Source of the DNA: an uncultured Clostridium sp.
Lineage (GTDB): Bacteria > Bacillota > Clostridia > Lachnospirales > Lachnospiraceae
Assembly (NCBI GenBank): GCA_964544135.1
Contig: CAZJAS010000002.1
Span: forward strand, 54,623-118,622
Reading direction: 5' to 3'
Length of the DNA stretch: 64,000 nucleotides
The position numbers were made by a program, and so were the translations under genes. Positions 1-8,706 of the stretch are shown here, in pieces. Under the pieces are notes generated by a model. It was given only the letters and a program-made list of their open reading frames with translations. It had not been told where the DNA came from and searched no databases. Every line of letters begins with the position of its first letter. Within the stretch, counting starts at the first letter, position 1.

Positions 1-40
1 TATCTTCTGCCACCAAGCAGGCAAATTCTTTCTTTGTCAT
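1..40 (-). CDS. 5' end of a CDS running off the window (MTKKEFACLVAED...); product not assignable from 13 residues
   Basis: ATG at 40-38 (minus) 7 nt downstream of GAGGA (rc of 48-52); frame open to window edge. Confidence 0.35.
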   Translation of the reverse strand, partial: MTKKEFACLVAED

Positions 41-251
41 CTTAGTATCCTCTTAATATCACAAACCGATTTGTGATACTGTCACTTCCTTTATATTGCA
101 GTTATTTCTTATACCGTTTACGTCACTTCTTTTTATATTAACATGATTTTTTATATTGAGCAATTATTGAGGCATTATTTGTATTGATTTCATTCTCAAA
201 ATGTGATAAATTTTATATGTTATATAAAATTTCACATTGGAGGATGGGTTA

Positions 252-725
252 TTGAAAAATAGATTGCTATTTCTCCTGTCGGTATTAACATTAAGCTTTA
301 TATTGACAGGCTGTGGTGAAGACCCAAAGTTAACTAAATTTAAAAAGGATATTGATACTTTCTGTAACGATATTGCTGTTATCGATACAAATATTAACAG
401 TATTGATGCACAGGCCGAAACAGCCAAGGACGAGCTTTTGGGTTATTTAGACCAGCTGGATTTGTCCTTTCAGGTACTGGGCAATATTACTGCTCCCGAA
501 GAATATGCCTACATAGAAGAGCTTGCCGATGAAGCCAGCAGTTATATGACGACTGCGGTTGAATCCTATCATGAAGCTCTTAGCAATAATTCTTATAATG
601 AGTATACAGCTGAATATGCCAGAGAAAACTATGAACGGGCATATAAACGTGTAACCGTCATCTTAAAGCTATTACATGGCGAAGAAATTACGGATGATGA
701 TGTTATCATTGAAGAAATAGAATAA
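252..725 (+). CDS. putative lipoprotein, unknown function
   Basis: Signal peptide MKNRLLFLLSVLTLSFILTG/C with lipobox; TTG at 252 lies 8 nt after GGAGG (239-243); track ORF 237..725 begins at an upstream in-frame TTG. Confidence 0.6.
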   Translation: MKNRLLFLLSVLTLSFILTGCGEDPKLTKFKKDIDTFCNDIAVIDTNINSIDAQAETAKDELLGYLDQLDLSFQVLGNITAPEEYAYIEELADEASSYMTTAVESYHEALSNNSYNEYTAEYARENYERAYKRVTVILKLLHGEEITDDDVIIEEIE

Positions 726-737
726 TCATTTCCAAAT

Positions 738-763
738 AAAAAAACCGCAGTTGCGGTTTTTTA
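738..763. terminator. bidirectional intrinsic terminator between convergent genes
   Basis: aaaaccgca-gt-tgcggtttt hairpin (741-760) flanked by A-run and T-run. Confidence 0.6.
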
Positions 764-1552
764 TTGCTCCAAATCAGAAAGCGGTCTGAATTCATATCCC
801 ATCTCTTCCCACTTAGTGAGTAATTCATCTAATATCTCTCCATTTGTCTGGGATGTACTATGTAAAAGAACGATAGCCCCCGGATGAATCCTGCCAAGCA
901 GTTTTTCAAAGGCTTCCTCCTTCGTGGGCTGTTTATCCTGATACCAATCCACATAGGCCAAACTCCAGAAAAATGTTTGATATCCCAAGTCTTTTGCCAT
1001 CTTTAGATTGGCGGTGCTATATTTACCCTGGGGAGGTCTGTAATACATGGCCATATCCTGCCCGGTTATCTCTTTAAATAGTAAAGATACATCATCCATT
1101 TCCTTTTGAAAAGAATCTTTATCTGATATTTGAGTCATATCGGGGTGATGATAAGTGTGATTACCTACCGAATGCCCTTCATCCACCATTCTCTTTACCA
1201 TTTCCGGTGCCGATTCCAAAAAATGTCCTACTACAAAAAAAGTAGCGGGTACCTCATGCTTTTTTAATGCATCCAAAATAGGCTCTGTATTCCCATTTTC
1301 ATAGCCGCAGTCAAAAGTCAGGTAAATCACCTTACTGCCGTTATCTCCTACGTAATAAGCGTTATATTTTTGAAGCTCATCTTGAGAAACATTCCCGGTA
1401 GGCTGTGATCCCTCTTGTCCAAATCCAAGCCCCCAATTATCTGTTTTCAATATCTTATCAGAGGATGTTTCCAAGTGCTTCACTACATATCCCGCCGTCC
1501 TGCCTAAAAAAAACATGGCACAAAATAATAATAAAACTAATATTTTTTTCAT
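761..1552 (-). CDS. pdaA: polysaccharide deacetylase (NodB domain), PdaA-like delta-lactam-biosynthetic de-N-acetylase
   Basis: YLTFDCGYENGNT...FFVVGHF...EGHSVGNHTYHHPDM NodB motifs closely resembling B. subtilis PdaA; ATG at 1552 gives signal peptide MKKILVLLLFCAMFF (track start 1579 is TTG). Confidence 0.75.
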   Translation of the reverse strand: MKKILVLLLFCAMFFLGRTAGYVVKHLETSSDKILKTDNWGLGFGQEGSQPTGNVSQDELQKYNAYYVGDNGSKVIYLTFDCGYENGNTEPILDALKKHEVPATFFVVGHFLESAPEMVKRMVDEGHSVGNHTYHHPDMTQISDKDSFQKEMDDVSLLFKEITGQDMAMYYRPPQGKYSTANLKMAKDLGYQTFFWSLAYVDWYQDKQPTKEEAFEKLLGRIHPGAIVLLHSTSQTNGEILDELLTKWEEMGYEFRPLSDLEQ

Positions 1553-1604
1553 AAAAGCCCTTGTATTGCTTTTATACAATTATATTAAGATGGTATGAAA
1601 ATTA

Positions 1605-2417
1605 TTATTTATTTTTATCGATATATTTTTGAATCATTTTGCCTCTAAGCAGTACAATTCCGATTGGTATTAACAATATACTGATTATTTGTGATGTGGA
1701 AAACATACCAATCTTCCCTCGCAAAATATCTCCTCTTAACATTTCCAGAATATAGCGGGTAACCGTATAATATAAGATATAAATACCCATCAGCTGACCG
1801 GGACGCATTTTCTTTCGTCGTAATATGAATAATAATATAACAAACATAATAAAATTCAATCCTGCTTCTATCAACTGAACCGGAACCCTTGGCACTTGGC
1901 TTAATTCCGGAATCAGTTCATTATAGGGAAAATAAACACAGCCGAAGCCATGATATTCAATACCATAGCAGCATCCGGATAAAAAACAGCCGATTCTTCC
2001 GAATCCATGTACAAGGGGAATAAGGGGTGCATATATATCTAAATATCCCGCATAGGACACCTTATATTGTCTGCAGTACAAATACACGCCTATAAAAGCA
2101 CCGATTAAGCCCCCATAAAAAACAAGTCCGCCAAATGCATATGAAATAGCGTCCGCCGGAGATATCTTCCACAATTTTAAATATACATTAAAATTCATCA
2201 CGATATTAGGGACTTTAGTCATGAAAAATAATAATTTTGCACCTATTAACACACCGATTACGCCATAGATAGAACCATAGGTTATATCTGCCTTACTTAT
2301 CTTAAAATCAGGTGCCAGCCTTCTGGCTATACATACAGCCACTAAAAATCCTATTATAAAAATCGGCCCATATAGGGGTAAATTAATTTTGTCTGTTATG
2401 CTTATATATGGGAACAT
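1605..2417 (-). CDS. lgt: prolipoprotein diacylglyceryl transferase
   Basis: Polytopic membrane protein with Lgt-type GRIGCFLSGCCYG motif, typical length. Confidence 0.85.
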   Translation of the reverse strand: MFPYISITDKINLPLYGPIFIIGFLVAVCIARRLAPDFKISKADITYGSIYGVIGVLIGAKLLFFMTKVPNIVMNFNVYLKLWKISPADAISYAFGGLVFYGGLIGAFIGVYLYCRQYKVSYAGYLDIYAPLIPLVHGFGRIGCFLSGCCYGIEYHGFGCVYFPYNELIPELSQVPRVPVQLIEAGLNFIMFVILLFILRRKKMRPGQLMGIYILYYTVTRYILEMLRGDILRGKIGMFSTSQIISILLIPIGIVLLRGKMIQKYIDKNK

Positions 2418-2433
2418 CTCATCTCCTCTGCTT

Positions 2434-2466
2434 TAAAAAAGCTGTTGCTTATGCAACAGCTTTTTA
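2434..2466 (-). terminator. intrinsic terminator downstream of the zinc-ribbon membrane protein gene
   Basis: gctgttgc-ttat-gcaacagc stem (2441-2460) followed on minus strand by T-run. Confidence 0.6.
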
Positions 2467-2500
2467 CTTTAAGTGATCGATTCATATTATATCCAAATTA

Positions 2501-3109
2501 TTAATACCAATTATCCAATATATCGTATAAATCACCTACTGATCTGTTAAAATCATTCCGCATTAAACAAGGTCCGCCTACACATCCATAGCAGGTATAA
2601 CCTGTTCCGCCGTTCATCGTACTTTCGGTGGCACCACAGATACCGCAGCCCACTGCAAAAATTATACCGATTACAAGACCGATTATACCGCAGATAAATC
2701 CTGCATTCCCCTTAGCATTATTTGTTTCTTTTTTAGCATTGATGCCTAAAACAATCGCAACAATACCTAATACTACAGAAATACCGGCACCGAATATACC
2801 GAACATAAAGCTGCCAAGCACTCCGATTGCAATACTCAAAGCACCGCATATTGTTGCAATTAATGCATTGGTATTTTTATTGTTTCCGTTTGGTGCAATC
2901 GGTGTCTGATAAGGGTTTGAATTGTATACAGGCGCTGTATTATACATCTGTGAAGCATTGTCAACCGGTGCTGCATTATCTACAGGTACTGCATTGTTAA
3001 TGGATGAAGCATTGTCCGTGGGCAATGGATTCCCTGACAAATTAACACCACAATTGGGACATACATGATAGCCTTCGGCTAGCTGATTACCACAATTACT
3101 ACAAAACAT
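2501..3109 (-). CDS. zinc-ribbon plus DUF4190-type membrane protein
   Basis: N-terminal CxxC...CxxC (MFCSNCGNQL...HVCPNCG), low-complexity N/P/V-rich linker, Gly-rich TM pair typical of DUF4190, Cys-rich tail. Confidence 0.6.
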   Translation of the reverse strand: MFCSNCGNQLAEGYHVCPNCGVNLSGNPLPTDNASSINNAVPVDNAAPVDNASQMYNTAPVYNSNPYQTPIAPNGNNKNTNALIATICGALSIAIGVLGSFMFGIFGAGISVVLGIVAIVLGINAKKETNNAKGNAGFICGIIGLVIGIIFAVGCGICGATESTMNGGTGYTCYGCVGGPCLMRNDFNRSVGDLYDILDNWY

Positions 3110-3238
3110 TTTATTTCCTCCTCTAAGAATCTTATGTAACTTCAGTTACAAATAGCAGTAAACAATAAGAAATCAATCAATACAAATATACCAATCTGCT
3201 TTTTAAAAGTCAATATGCTTTTCAGATTTTCTCTCTGT

Positions 3239-3658
3239 TTAAATAGGCAGTATATGAAATCCTAATTTTAAAACATTTTTAATTATAAAATTTAATATAA
3301 TAATAATTAATGCGCCAAACAAAAACCATGAGTGAAATTGAATTCCTTTGATACGCCCCCTGCTGATCAAATGAAGCGTATGAGAAATCATAAACACACC
3401 ATAAATAGCCGCTGCATATAAAACCACCGGATGATAGTATAATGATGCAAAGATATCACCCGCCATTAATGCCTTTACCGCACGGCTTCCTCCGCATCCA
3501 AAGCAATACAGTCCAAAACGACTATAAAACACACATGAGGGGAATAAACCTTTATCCACTCCGTCTACATAATATAGAAGCAGGGGAACACCTAAGATAA
3601 ATACAATAAAACCTGCTATATATAACCCCTGCTCTAATTGAATCCCTTTCTTAGACAT
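3239..3658 (-). CDS. DUF2752-like membrane protein
   Basis: Small polytopic protein with CxFxxxxGLYCxGCGGSRA motif characteristic of DUF2752; overlaps upstream gene by 8 nt. Confidence 0.55.
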   Translation of the reverse strand: MSKKGIQLEQGLYIAGFIVFILGVPLLLYYVDGVDKGLFPSCVFYSRFGLYCFGCGGSRAVKALMAGDIFASLYYHPVVLYAAAIYGVFMISHTLHLISRGRIKGIQFHSWFLFGALIIIILNFIIKNVLKLGFHILPI

Positions 3659-4184
3659 ATATGTATATTAATATGAAAAAGAAGTAGAACGTGCTTAATA
3701 AAATTCCCAATGTGCTGCATATTAAACCTGCAATAGCCATGCTCTTTCCATTATATTTCTTAACAAGAGCTATGATACTGAAGATAAGACCGGGAATTGC
3801 CACTATTAAATTAAAAAATGTAGTAAAACAAATTAAAATCGATACGATACCGCAAACCATACCGGTTATGGAGATACCAATCATCCCATTTCCACTTTGG
3901 GGCTGTACACCTTGATAGGAATATTGCATATTCATATAAGGCTGTTGCTGCGGCATATTGCCCATTCCATAATTCTGATTGGCATAATTGTAATTTCCCT
4001 GCTGTTGTGCATATGTAGTCCGATTATCCGCATAGGGATTGTTATATGTCTGGTATCCCTGTGTATTACCCTGATAGCTTGGTCCCTGCATAGGTCCCTG
4101 TTCAACTGTATTGGATGTATTTGCTGTTCCTGTATCAATTTCCTGCGTATTGCTGTTTTGATTATTTAATTGATTGTTATCCAT
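3651..4184 (-). CDS. DUF4190-type membrane protein with Q/N/Y-rich low-complexity N-terminal half
   Basis: About 100 aa of Q/N/Y/G/M-rich sequence followed by two TM helices (GISITGMVCGIVSIL...ALVKK...). Confidence 0.55.
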   Translation of the reverse strand: MDNNQLNNQNSNTQEIDTGTANTSNTVEQGPMQGPSYQGNTQGYQTYNNPYADNRTTYAQQQGNYNYANQNYGMGNMPQQQPYMNMQYSYQGVQPQSGNGMIGISITGMVCGIVSILICFTTFFNLIVAIPGLIFSIIALVKKYNGKSMAIAGLICSTLGILLSTFYFFFILIYIYV

Positions 4185-4215
4185 AGCGCATCCTTTCCTT
4201 TGGGATTCTTAATAA

Positions 4216-5904
4216 TTACACATTCTCTACTGCACTCTTTAGTTCATTCGCCATGCTGTGTACCGATTGTGTTTGGGCTGCTATTTCCTGTGTATTGGCA
4301 GCAATTGTCGTAATTTTCTCATTCATCCGATTGATATTTTCAATCAAGTTCTTCATTGACTGTATGCTTGCATTAATCTTGGGAATCGTTTCCTCTGATT
4401 GCTCATGGTTTTCTACTGTCAGTGTCTTTATGGAATCTGATAAATGTCTGATTTCACTGGCTACTACAGCAAATCCTCTTCCCTGCTCCCCCGCTCTTGC
4501 CGCTTCTATAGAAGCATTTAAGGATAATAGATTCGTCTGCCCTGCTATAGCTGATATATCATTATTAGTATTCAGATATATTTTAATCAAGTTTGATATG
4601 GTATTCAAGGATTCTTCCAACATATAACAATATTGGGTGATATCTTGAATTTCACTTGCCAAGCCCGATGCCTCGATTGCAGAGGTTTCATTCGCTTCAT
4701 CTAATTCCGTTACTGCATTACTCAAGGATGCGAACTCTTCAAAAATTACCTCCAGCTTCTGGTTATGAGTAATCTGTAAACGCTTCTCCTGATCATGAAG
4801 CTGTTCGATTTTTTCTTTTTCCTGCTCAGCTAAATCCTTAACATAATGAACACAATTATCTTTTCTATTTACATGATTGAAAATAGCAATTGTCATTTCC
4901 GCGCAGGAATCGTATCCGCAGGATCCGCAATTAATGGTACGGGAATTATGATCAAATTTATACATATCATTATAAATTATTTCCGTATCAGCCGGTGTGG
5001 GCTGCTTTATTAAAATATGCTGGTCACTGTATCTTCTCATGAAATCACTAAGGTTAAGCTCTGAAAAGAACTTCATTAAATTGGCTAAACGTTCCTCATG
5101 AGATGCCTTCGTCGTCCATGGGCTTGCTTGTTTTTTACCAAAAAGACCTTTCTTTTTCACTTGTTTATTGTCCAATTCTCTCATGGCACCTAAGGTTAGA
5201 ATCACATCATCCGTATTCTTCTCCGGCTCTGTTGCGGTACCATAAATACATCCCTTACTACAGTTTAATATATCCACCATGAAAGGCTGCATTTTATTTT
5301 CTTTTACTCTATGTAAATATTCATGAAGATAATGATATGCTTCCTTCTCACCCTCTACCTGTCTGACTACTTGGCTTTTACCCAGAAAATGCTCTACATT
5401 TTCCCTTAAACCGCCGGGCATAGGATATAATGAACCTAATCCATAATCCAACTCATCATTATATTCTTCACAGTCTTCATAATTACCTTTTATTTTTTCC
5501 AATAATTTTAAAAATGTTACGTTATAGCTTACATAACCTTCGCAATTACTGTCCATAATTTCCATTTTTTTTGCAATACAGGGACTTATAAAAGCAATCT
5601 CGTCCTGTATACCTAAATATTTCTTCATATAAATTGCCATACACATCATTGGACTGTGTATCGGTACCATTCTGGGAATTAATTCAGGTATATATTTTTC
5701 TACATAATTTACAACTGCGGGACAAGGTTGAGAAATTCCACCCAGAAAATTATTCTCGGTTATGTATTTTAAATAACCCCATGTTGTAATATCTGCACCG
5801 TAAGATACACTATAAATATGATTTACGCCTTTTTGCTTTAAATATCCTAAAATCTTTTTATATTCTTTTGGATAATTGACTAAAAAAGCAGGTGCCACAA
5901 TCAC
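4216..5904 (-). CDS. [FeFe]-hydrogenase-like (sensory type) domain fused to a methyl-accepting chemotaxis signalling domain; reading frame stays open upstream to 6009 and the gene is probably frame-disrupted (see 5972..6118)
   Basis: H-cluster-like motifs SQPCPAV / SPCIAKKME / [10 protein letters not shown]-terminal MCP hairpin [35 protein letters not shown]. Track start 5904 is GTG with no RBS. Confidence 0.7.
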   Translation of the reverse strand: MIVAPAFLVNYPKEYKKILGYLKQKGVNHIYSVSYGADITTWGYLKYITENNFLGGISQPCPAVVNYVEKYIPELIPRMVPIHSPMMCMAIYMKKYLGIQDEIAFISPCIAKKMEIMDSNCEGYVSYNVTFLKLLEKIKGNYEDCEEYNDELDYGLGSLYPMPGGLRENVEHFLGKSQVVRQVEGEKEAYHYLHEYLHRVKENKMQPFMVDILNCSKGCIYGTATEPEKNTDDVILTLGAMRELDNKQVKKKGLFGKKQASPWTTKASHEERLANLMKFFSELNLSDFMRRYSDQHILIKQPTPADTEIIYNDMYKFDHNSRTINCGSCGYDSCAEMTIAIFNHVNRKDNCVHYVKDLAEQEKEKIEQLHDQEKRLQITHNQKLEVIFEEFASLSNAVTELDEANETSAIEASGLASEIQDITQYCYMLEESLNTISNLIKIYLNTNNDISAIAGQTNLLSLNASIEAARAGEQGRGFAVVASEIRHLSDSIKTLTVENHEQSEETIPKINASIQSMKNLIENINRMNEKITTIAANTQEIAAQTQSVHSMANELKSAVENV

Positions 5905-5971
5905 AGAGATTTTTTTACCGCCTGAAAGATCTCCAAAAAAGCGTTCCGTATCATCGTAATAACCTCTTGCC

Positions 5972-6118
5972 TCATGAGTACATGCATGAAAGCATGCACC
6001 GCAAGTTATCTACCGTTACTTTCCCCAATTCCGTTGCATTATTTGAAGTTAATACCGGACATTCCTTTACACATTTATTACATCCGGTGCACTGATCGTT
6101 TGTATAAATTAATTTCAT
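5972..6118 (-). other. orphaned N-terminal 4Fe-4S ferredoxin module of the hydrogenase-like chemoreceptor gene, in a different frame from the gene body
   Basis: ATG at 6118 with AGAGGGA RBS. Encodes MKLIYTNDQCTGCNKCVKECP...GKVTVDN, then runs to a stop. The remainder of the second cluster ([13 protein letters not shown]...) is in the frame of 4216..5904. Confidence 0.6.
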
Positions 6119-6178
6119 AGTTTTCCCTCTTTACATGAAAGGGGATCTCAAAACTTGAGAATCCCCTCTTGTTCTTTT

Positions 6179-7189
6179 TTAGAATTTCCCCTCTTTCGCT
6201 GCTTCTTCAATTAAAACAGCAACCGCAACAGTAGCACCAACCATAGGGTTGTTGCCCATACCGATCAGTCCCATCATTTCCACATGAGCCGGGACGGAAG
6301 AAGAGCCGGCAAACTGAGCATCGGAATGCATACGCCCCAATGTATCGGTAAAACCATAAGAAGCCGGACCTGCAGCCATATTATCGGGATGCAAGGTACG
6401 TCCTGTTCCGCCGCCGGAAGCAACGGAGAAATATTTCTTATCCGCTTCAATTCTTTCTTTCTTATAGGTACCTGCAACAGGGTGCTGGAATCTGGTTGGA
6501 TTAGTAGAGTTACCGGTTATGGAAACATCTACGTTTTCTTTCCACATAATGGATACTCCCTCAGGAACACTGTTTGCGCCATAGCAGTTTACCTTAGCAC
6601 GAAGTCCTTCTGAATAGGCAATTCTTTCCACCTCCGTAACAGTATTGGTAGAAGAATCATAAGCGGTTTCTACATAAGTAAATCCGTTAATACGAGAAAT
6701 AATTTTTGCGGCATCCTTGCCTAAGCCGTTTAAGATAACACGCAAATGTTTCTGGCGCACCTTGTTGGCCTTTTCAGCAATACCGATTGCTCCCTCAGCT
6801 GCAGCAAAGGACTCATGTCCTGCCAAAAAGCAGAAGCAGTCTGTTTCTTCTTCTAAGAGCATCTTACCAAGATTACCATGTCCGATACCAACCTTACGGG
6901 TATCCGCTACAGAACCCGGAATACAAAATGCCTGCAAGCCCTTACCGATTGCCTTTGCAGCATCTGCAGCTCTTCTGCAATCCAACTTAATTGCGATAGC
7001 CGCTCCTACTATGTAAGCCCAACATGCATTTTCAAAACAAATAGGCTGGATACTCTTCACTTGTTCATATACATCCAAACCGGCATCTTTAGTAATCTTC
7101 TCTGCCTCTTCAATAGAGGAGATACCATAGCTGTTTAATACAGCATTAATTTTATCAATACGTCTTTCAAATGATTCAAATAAAGCCAT
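6179..7189 (-). CDS. GGGtGRT family protein (function unknown)
   Basis: Eponymous motif SVASGGGTGRTLHPDN present; length about 336 aa typical of the family. Confidence 0.8.
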   Translation of the reverse strand: MALFESFERRIDKINAVLNSYGISSIEEAEKITKDAGLDVYEQVKSIQPICFENACWAYIVGAAIAIKLDCRRAADAAKAIGKGLQAFCIPGSVADTRKVGIGHGNLGKMLLEEETDCFCFLAGHESFAAAEGAIGIAEKANKVRQKHLRVILNGLGKDAAKIISRINGFTYVETAYDSSTNTVTEVERIAYSEGLRAKVNCYGANSVPEGVSIMWKENVDVSITGNSTNPTRFQHPVAGTYKKERIEADKKYFSVASGGGTGRTLHPDNMAAGPASYGFTDTLGRMHSDAQFAGSSSVPAHVEMMGLIGMGNNPMVGATVAVAVLIEEAAKEGKF

Positions 7190-7204
7190 TTTTCATCCTC
7201 CTCC

Positions 7205-7897
7205 TTATTCTTTTCTGGGATCAATTATCTTAACAGCATCATCTACACGGCCATACTGACCACATGATTTTTCATATGCGGTATTCGGATCATCGCCCTT
7301 TTTAATGAAATCTGTCATCTTGCCAAGACTTACGAATTTATATCCGATAATCTGGTCGTCTTTATCAAGAGCAATGCCGGTTACATAGCCTTCTGCCATT
7401 TCCAGATAACGCGGCCCTTTCTTTAAGGTGCCATACATGGTGCCCACCTGGCTTCTTAATCCCTTGCCAAGGTCTTCTAATCCCGCACCTATAGGCAGGC
7501 CGCCCTCGGAGAATGCACTCTGGGTACGTCCATAAACAATCTGTAAAAACAGTTCTCTCATGGCGGTGTTAATTGCATCACATACAAGGTCTGTATTTAA
7601 AGCTTCCATAACAGTAAGACCGGGAAGGATTTCGGCAGCCATTGCTGCAGAATGGGTCATACCGGAACAGCCGATTGTCTCTACCAATGCTTCCTGAATA
7701 ATGCCCTCCTTAACATTTAGGGTCAGCTTACACGCACCCTGTTGAGGAGCACACCAGCCTACGCCATGCGTTAAACCGGAAATATCTTCCACCTTTTTTA
7801 CCTGAACCCAATTAGCTTCTTCAGGAATCGGTGCACTTCCATGATGCACGCCCTGTGCAACTACGCACATTTCTTCAACTTCCTTTGAGTATATCAT
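7205..7897 (-). CDS. NifU/IscU-like iron-sulfur cluster scaffold-related protein
   Basis: IscU-like Cys positions (GWCAPQQGAC, IGCSGMTHSAA); usual partner of GGGtGRT genes in anaerobes. Confidence 0.6.
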   Translation of the reverse strand: MIYSKEVEEMCVVAQGVHHGSAPIPEEANWVQVKKVEDISGLTHGVGWCAPQQGACKLTLNVKEGIIQEALVETIGCSGMTHSAAMAAEILPGLTVMEALNTDLVCDAINTAMRELFLQIVYGRTQSAFSEGGLPIGAGLEDLGKGLRSQVGTMYGTLKKGPRYLEMAEGYVTGIALDKDDQIIGYKFVSLGKMTDFIKKGDDPNTAYEKSCGQYGRVDDAVKIIDPRKE

Positions 7898-7983
7898 TTA
7901 AAATCTCCTTTCAAAATAAATATGGTATTTATTTATCATTTTCATAGTGTATTCTCTCATACTTACACCAAAAAATCCAGTGT

Positions 7984-8035
7984 TTTTTCTAAATCATGAC
8001 ATTACTGAGTTTTTCTAAATCATGACATTACTGAG
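7984..8035. repeat. perfect 26-bp tandem duplication spanning the stop codon of the upstream hexapeptide-transferase gene
   Basis: tttttctaaatcatgacattactgag at 7984-8009 and again at 8010-8035. Confidence 0.95.
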
Positions 8036-8705
8036 CTTTAATAATTATATTATTTTGGTTTTTATAGATAGAGTTACAGGGGATAAATCCTCTTACACTG
8101 GAAGTGGGATAAATACTACTTCCCTTTCCGATTATGGTACCGGGGTTTAAGACACTGTTACAACCGATCTCAACATGATCTCCCAACATAGCACCCATTT
8201 TCCTTAGTCCTGTGGTAATGCTTTCCTCGCAAGCACTGACCTCTACCAATGTCTTATCACTCTTTACATTCGATGTTACCGCACCTGCTCCCATATGGGA
8301 TTTATAACCTAAAACACTGTCTCCCACATAGTTATAATGAGGTACTTGTACTTCGTTAAAAAGTATCACATTTTTTAATTCTGTGGAATTGCCCACAACA
8401 GCACCTTTTCCTACAATGGCATTCCCACGAATATAAGCACAATGTCTGATTTGGGCATCCTCATCCACGATTAGCGGTCCGTTCAGGCATGCGGTGGGAG
8501 CAACCTTGGCCGATTTTGCAACCCAGATATCTTCTCCTATTTTCTCAAACATATCCGGGGATAAAGAATTACCCAATTCTAAAATGAAATCATGAATCTT
8601 TTGTAATACCTCCCATGGGTACACAGCATGGGCAAACAGTTCTGCCGCAATGGTTTCTTCAAGAGTAAATAGATTTTCAATTTTAATTGCTTCCATTTTC
8701 ACCAT
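8028..8705 (-). CDS. hexapeptide-repeat (left-handed beta-helix) transferase, GlmU C-terminal-domain-like
   Basis: Repeated [LIV]-G-x-x-x-x hexapeptides (IVGKGAVVGNSTELKNVILFNEVQV...GDHVEIGCNSVLNPGTIIGKGSSI). Confidence 0.55.
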   Translation of the reverse strand: MVKMEAIKIENLFTLEETIAAELFAHAVYPWEVLQKIHDFILELGNSLSPDMFEKIGEDIWVAKSAKVAPTACLNGPLIVDEDAQIRHCAYIRGNAIVGKGAVVGNSTELKNVILFNEVQVPHYNYVGDSVLGYKSHMGAGAVTSNVKSDKTLVEVSACEESITTGLRKMGAMLGDHVEIGCNSVLNPGTIIGKGSSIYPTSSVRGFIPCNSIYKNQNNIIIKAQ

Positions 8706-8706
8706 C

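Noticed and set aside
164-427. 87-aa minus-strand ORF overlapping the lipoprotein gene start
   Set aside because: It overlaps the promoter, RBS and signal peptide of a better-supported plus-strand gene. It has no RBS and an AT-rich composition.
2628-4169. Plus-strand ORFs 2628..2909, 3691..3915 and 3897..4169, and minus ORF 3932..4138
   Set aside because: They lie antisense to, or in alternate frames of, low-complexity membrane-protein genes. They have hydrophobic or repetitive mirror composition, no RBS, and are fully nested.
6274-7138. Cluster of nested ORFs inside and antisense to the GGGtGRT gene (6274..6477, 6284..6613, 6717..7016, 6787..6990, 6878..7138)
   Set aside because: All are nested within a well-supported conserved CDS and have no start context. 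They are typical shadow ORFs.
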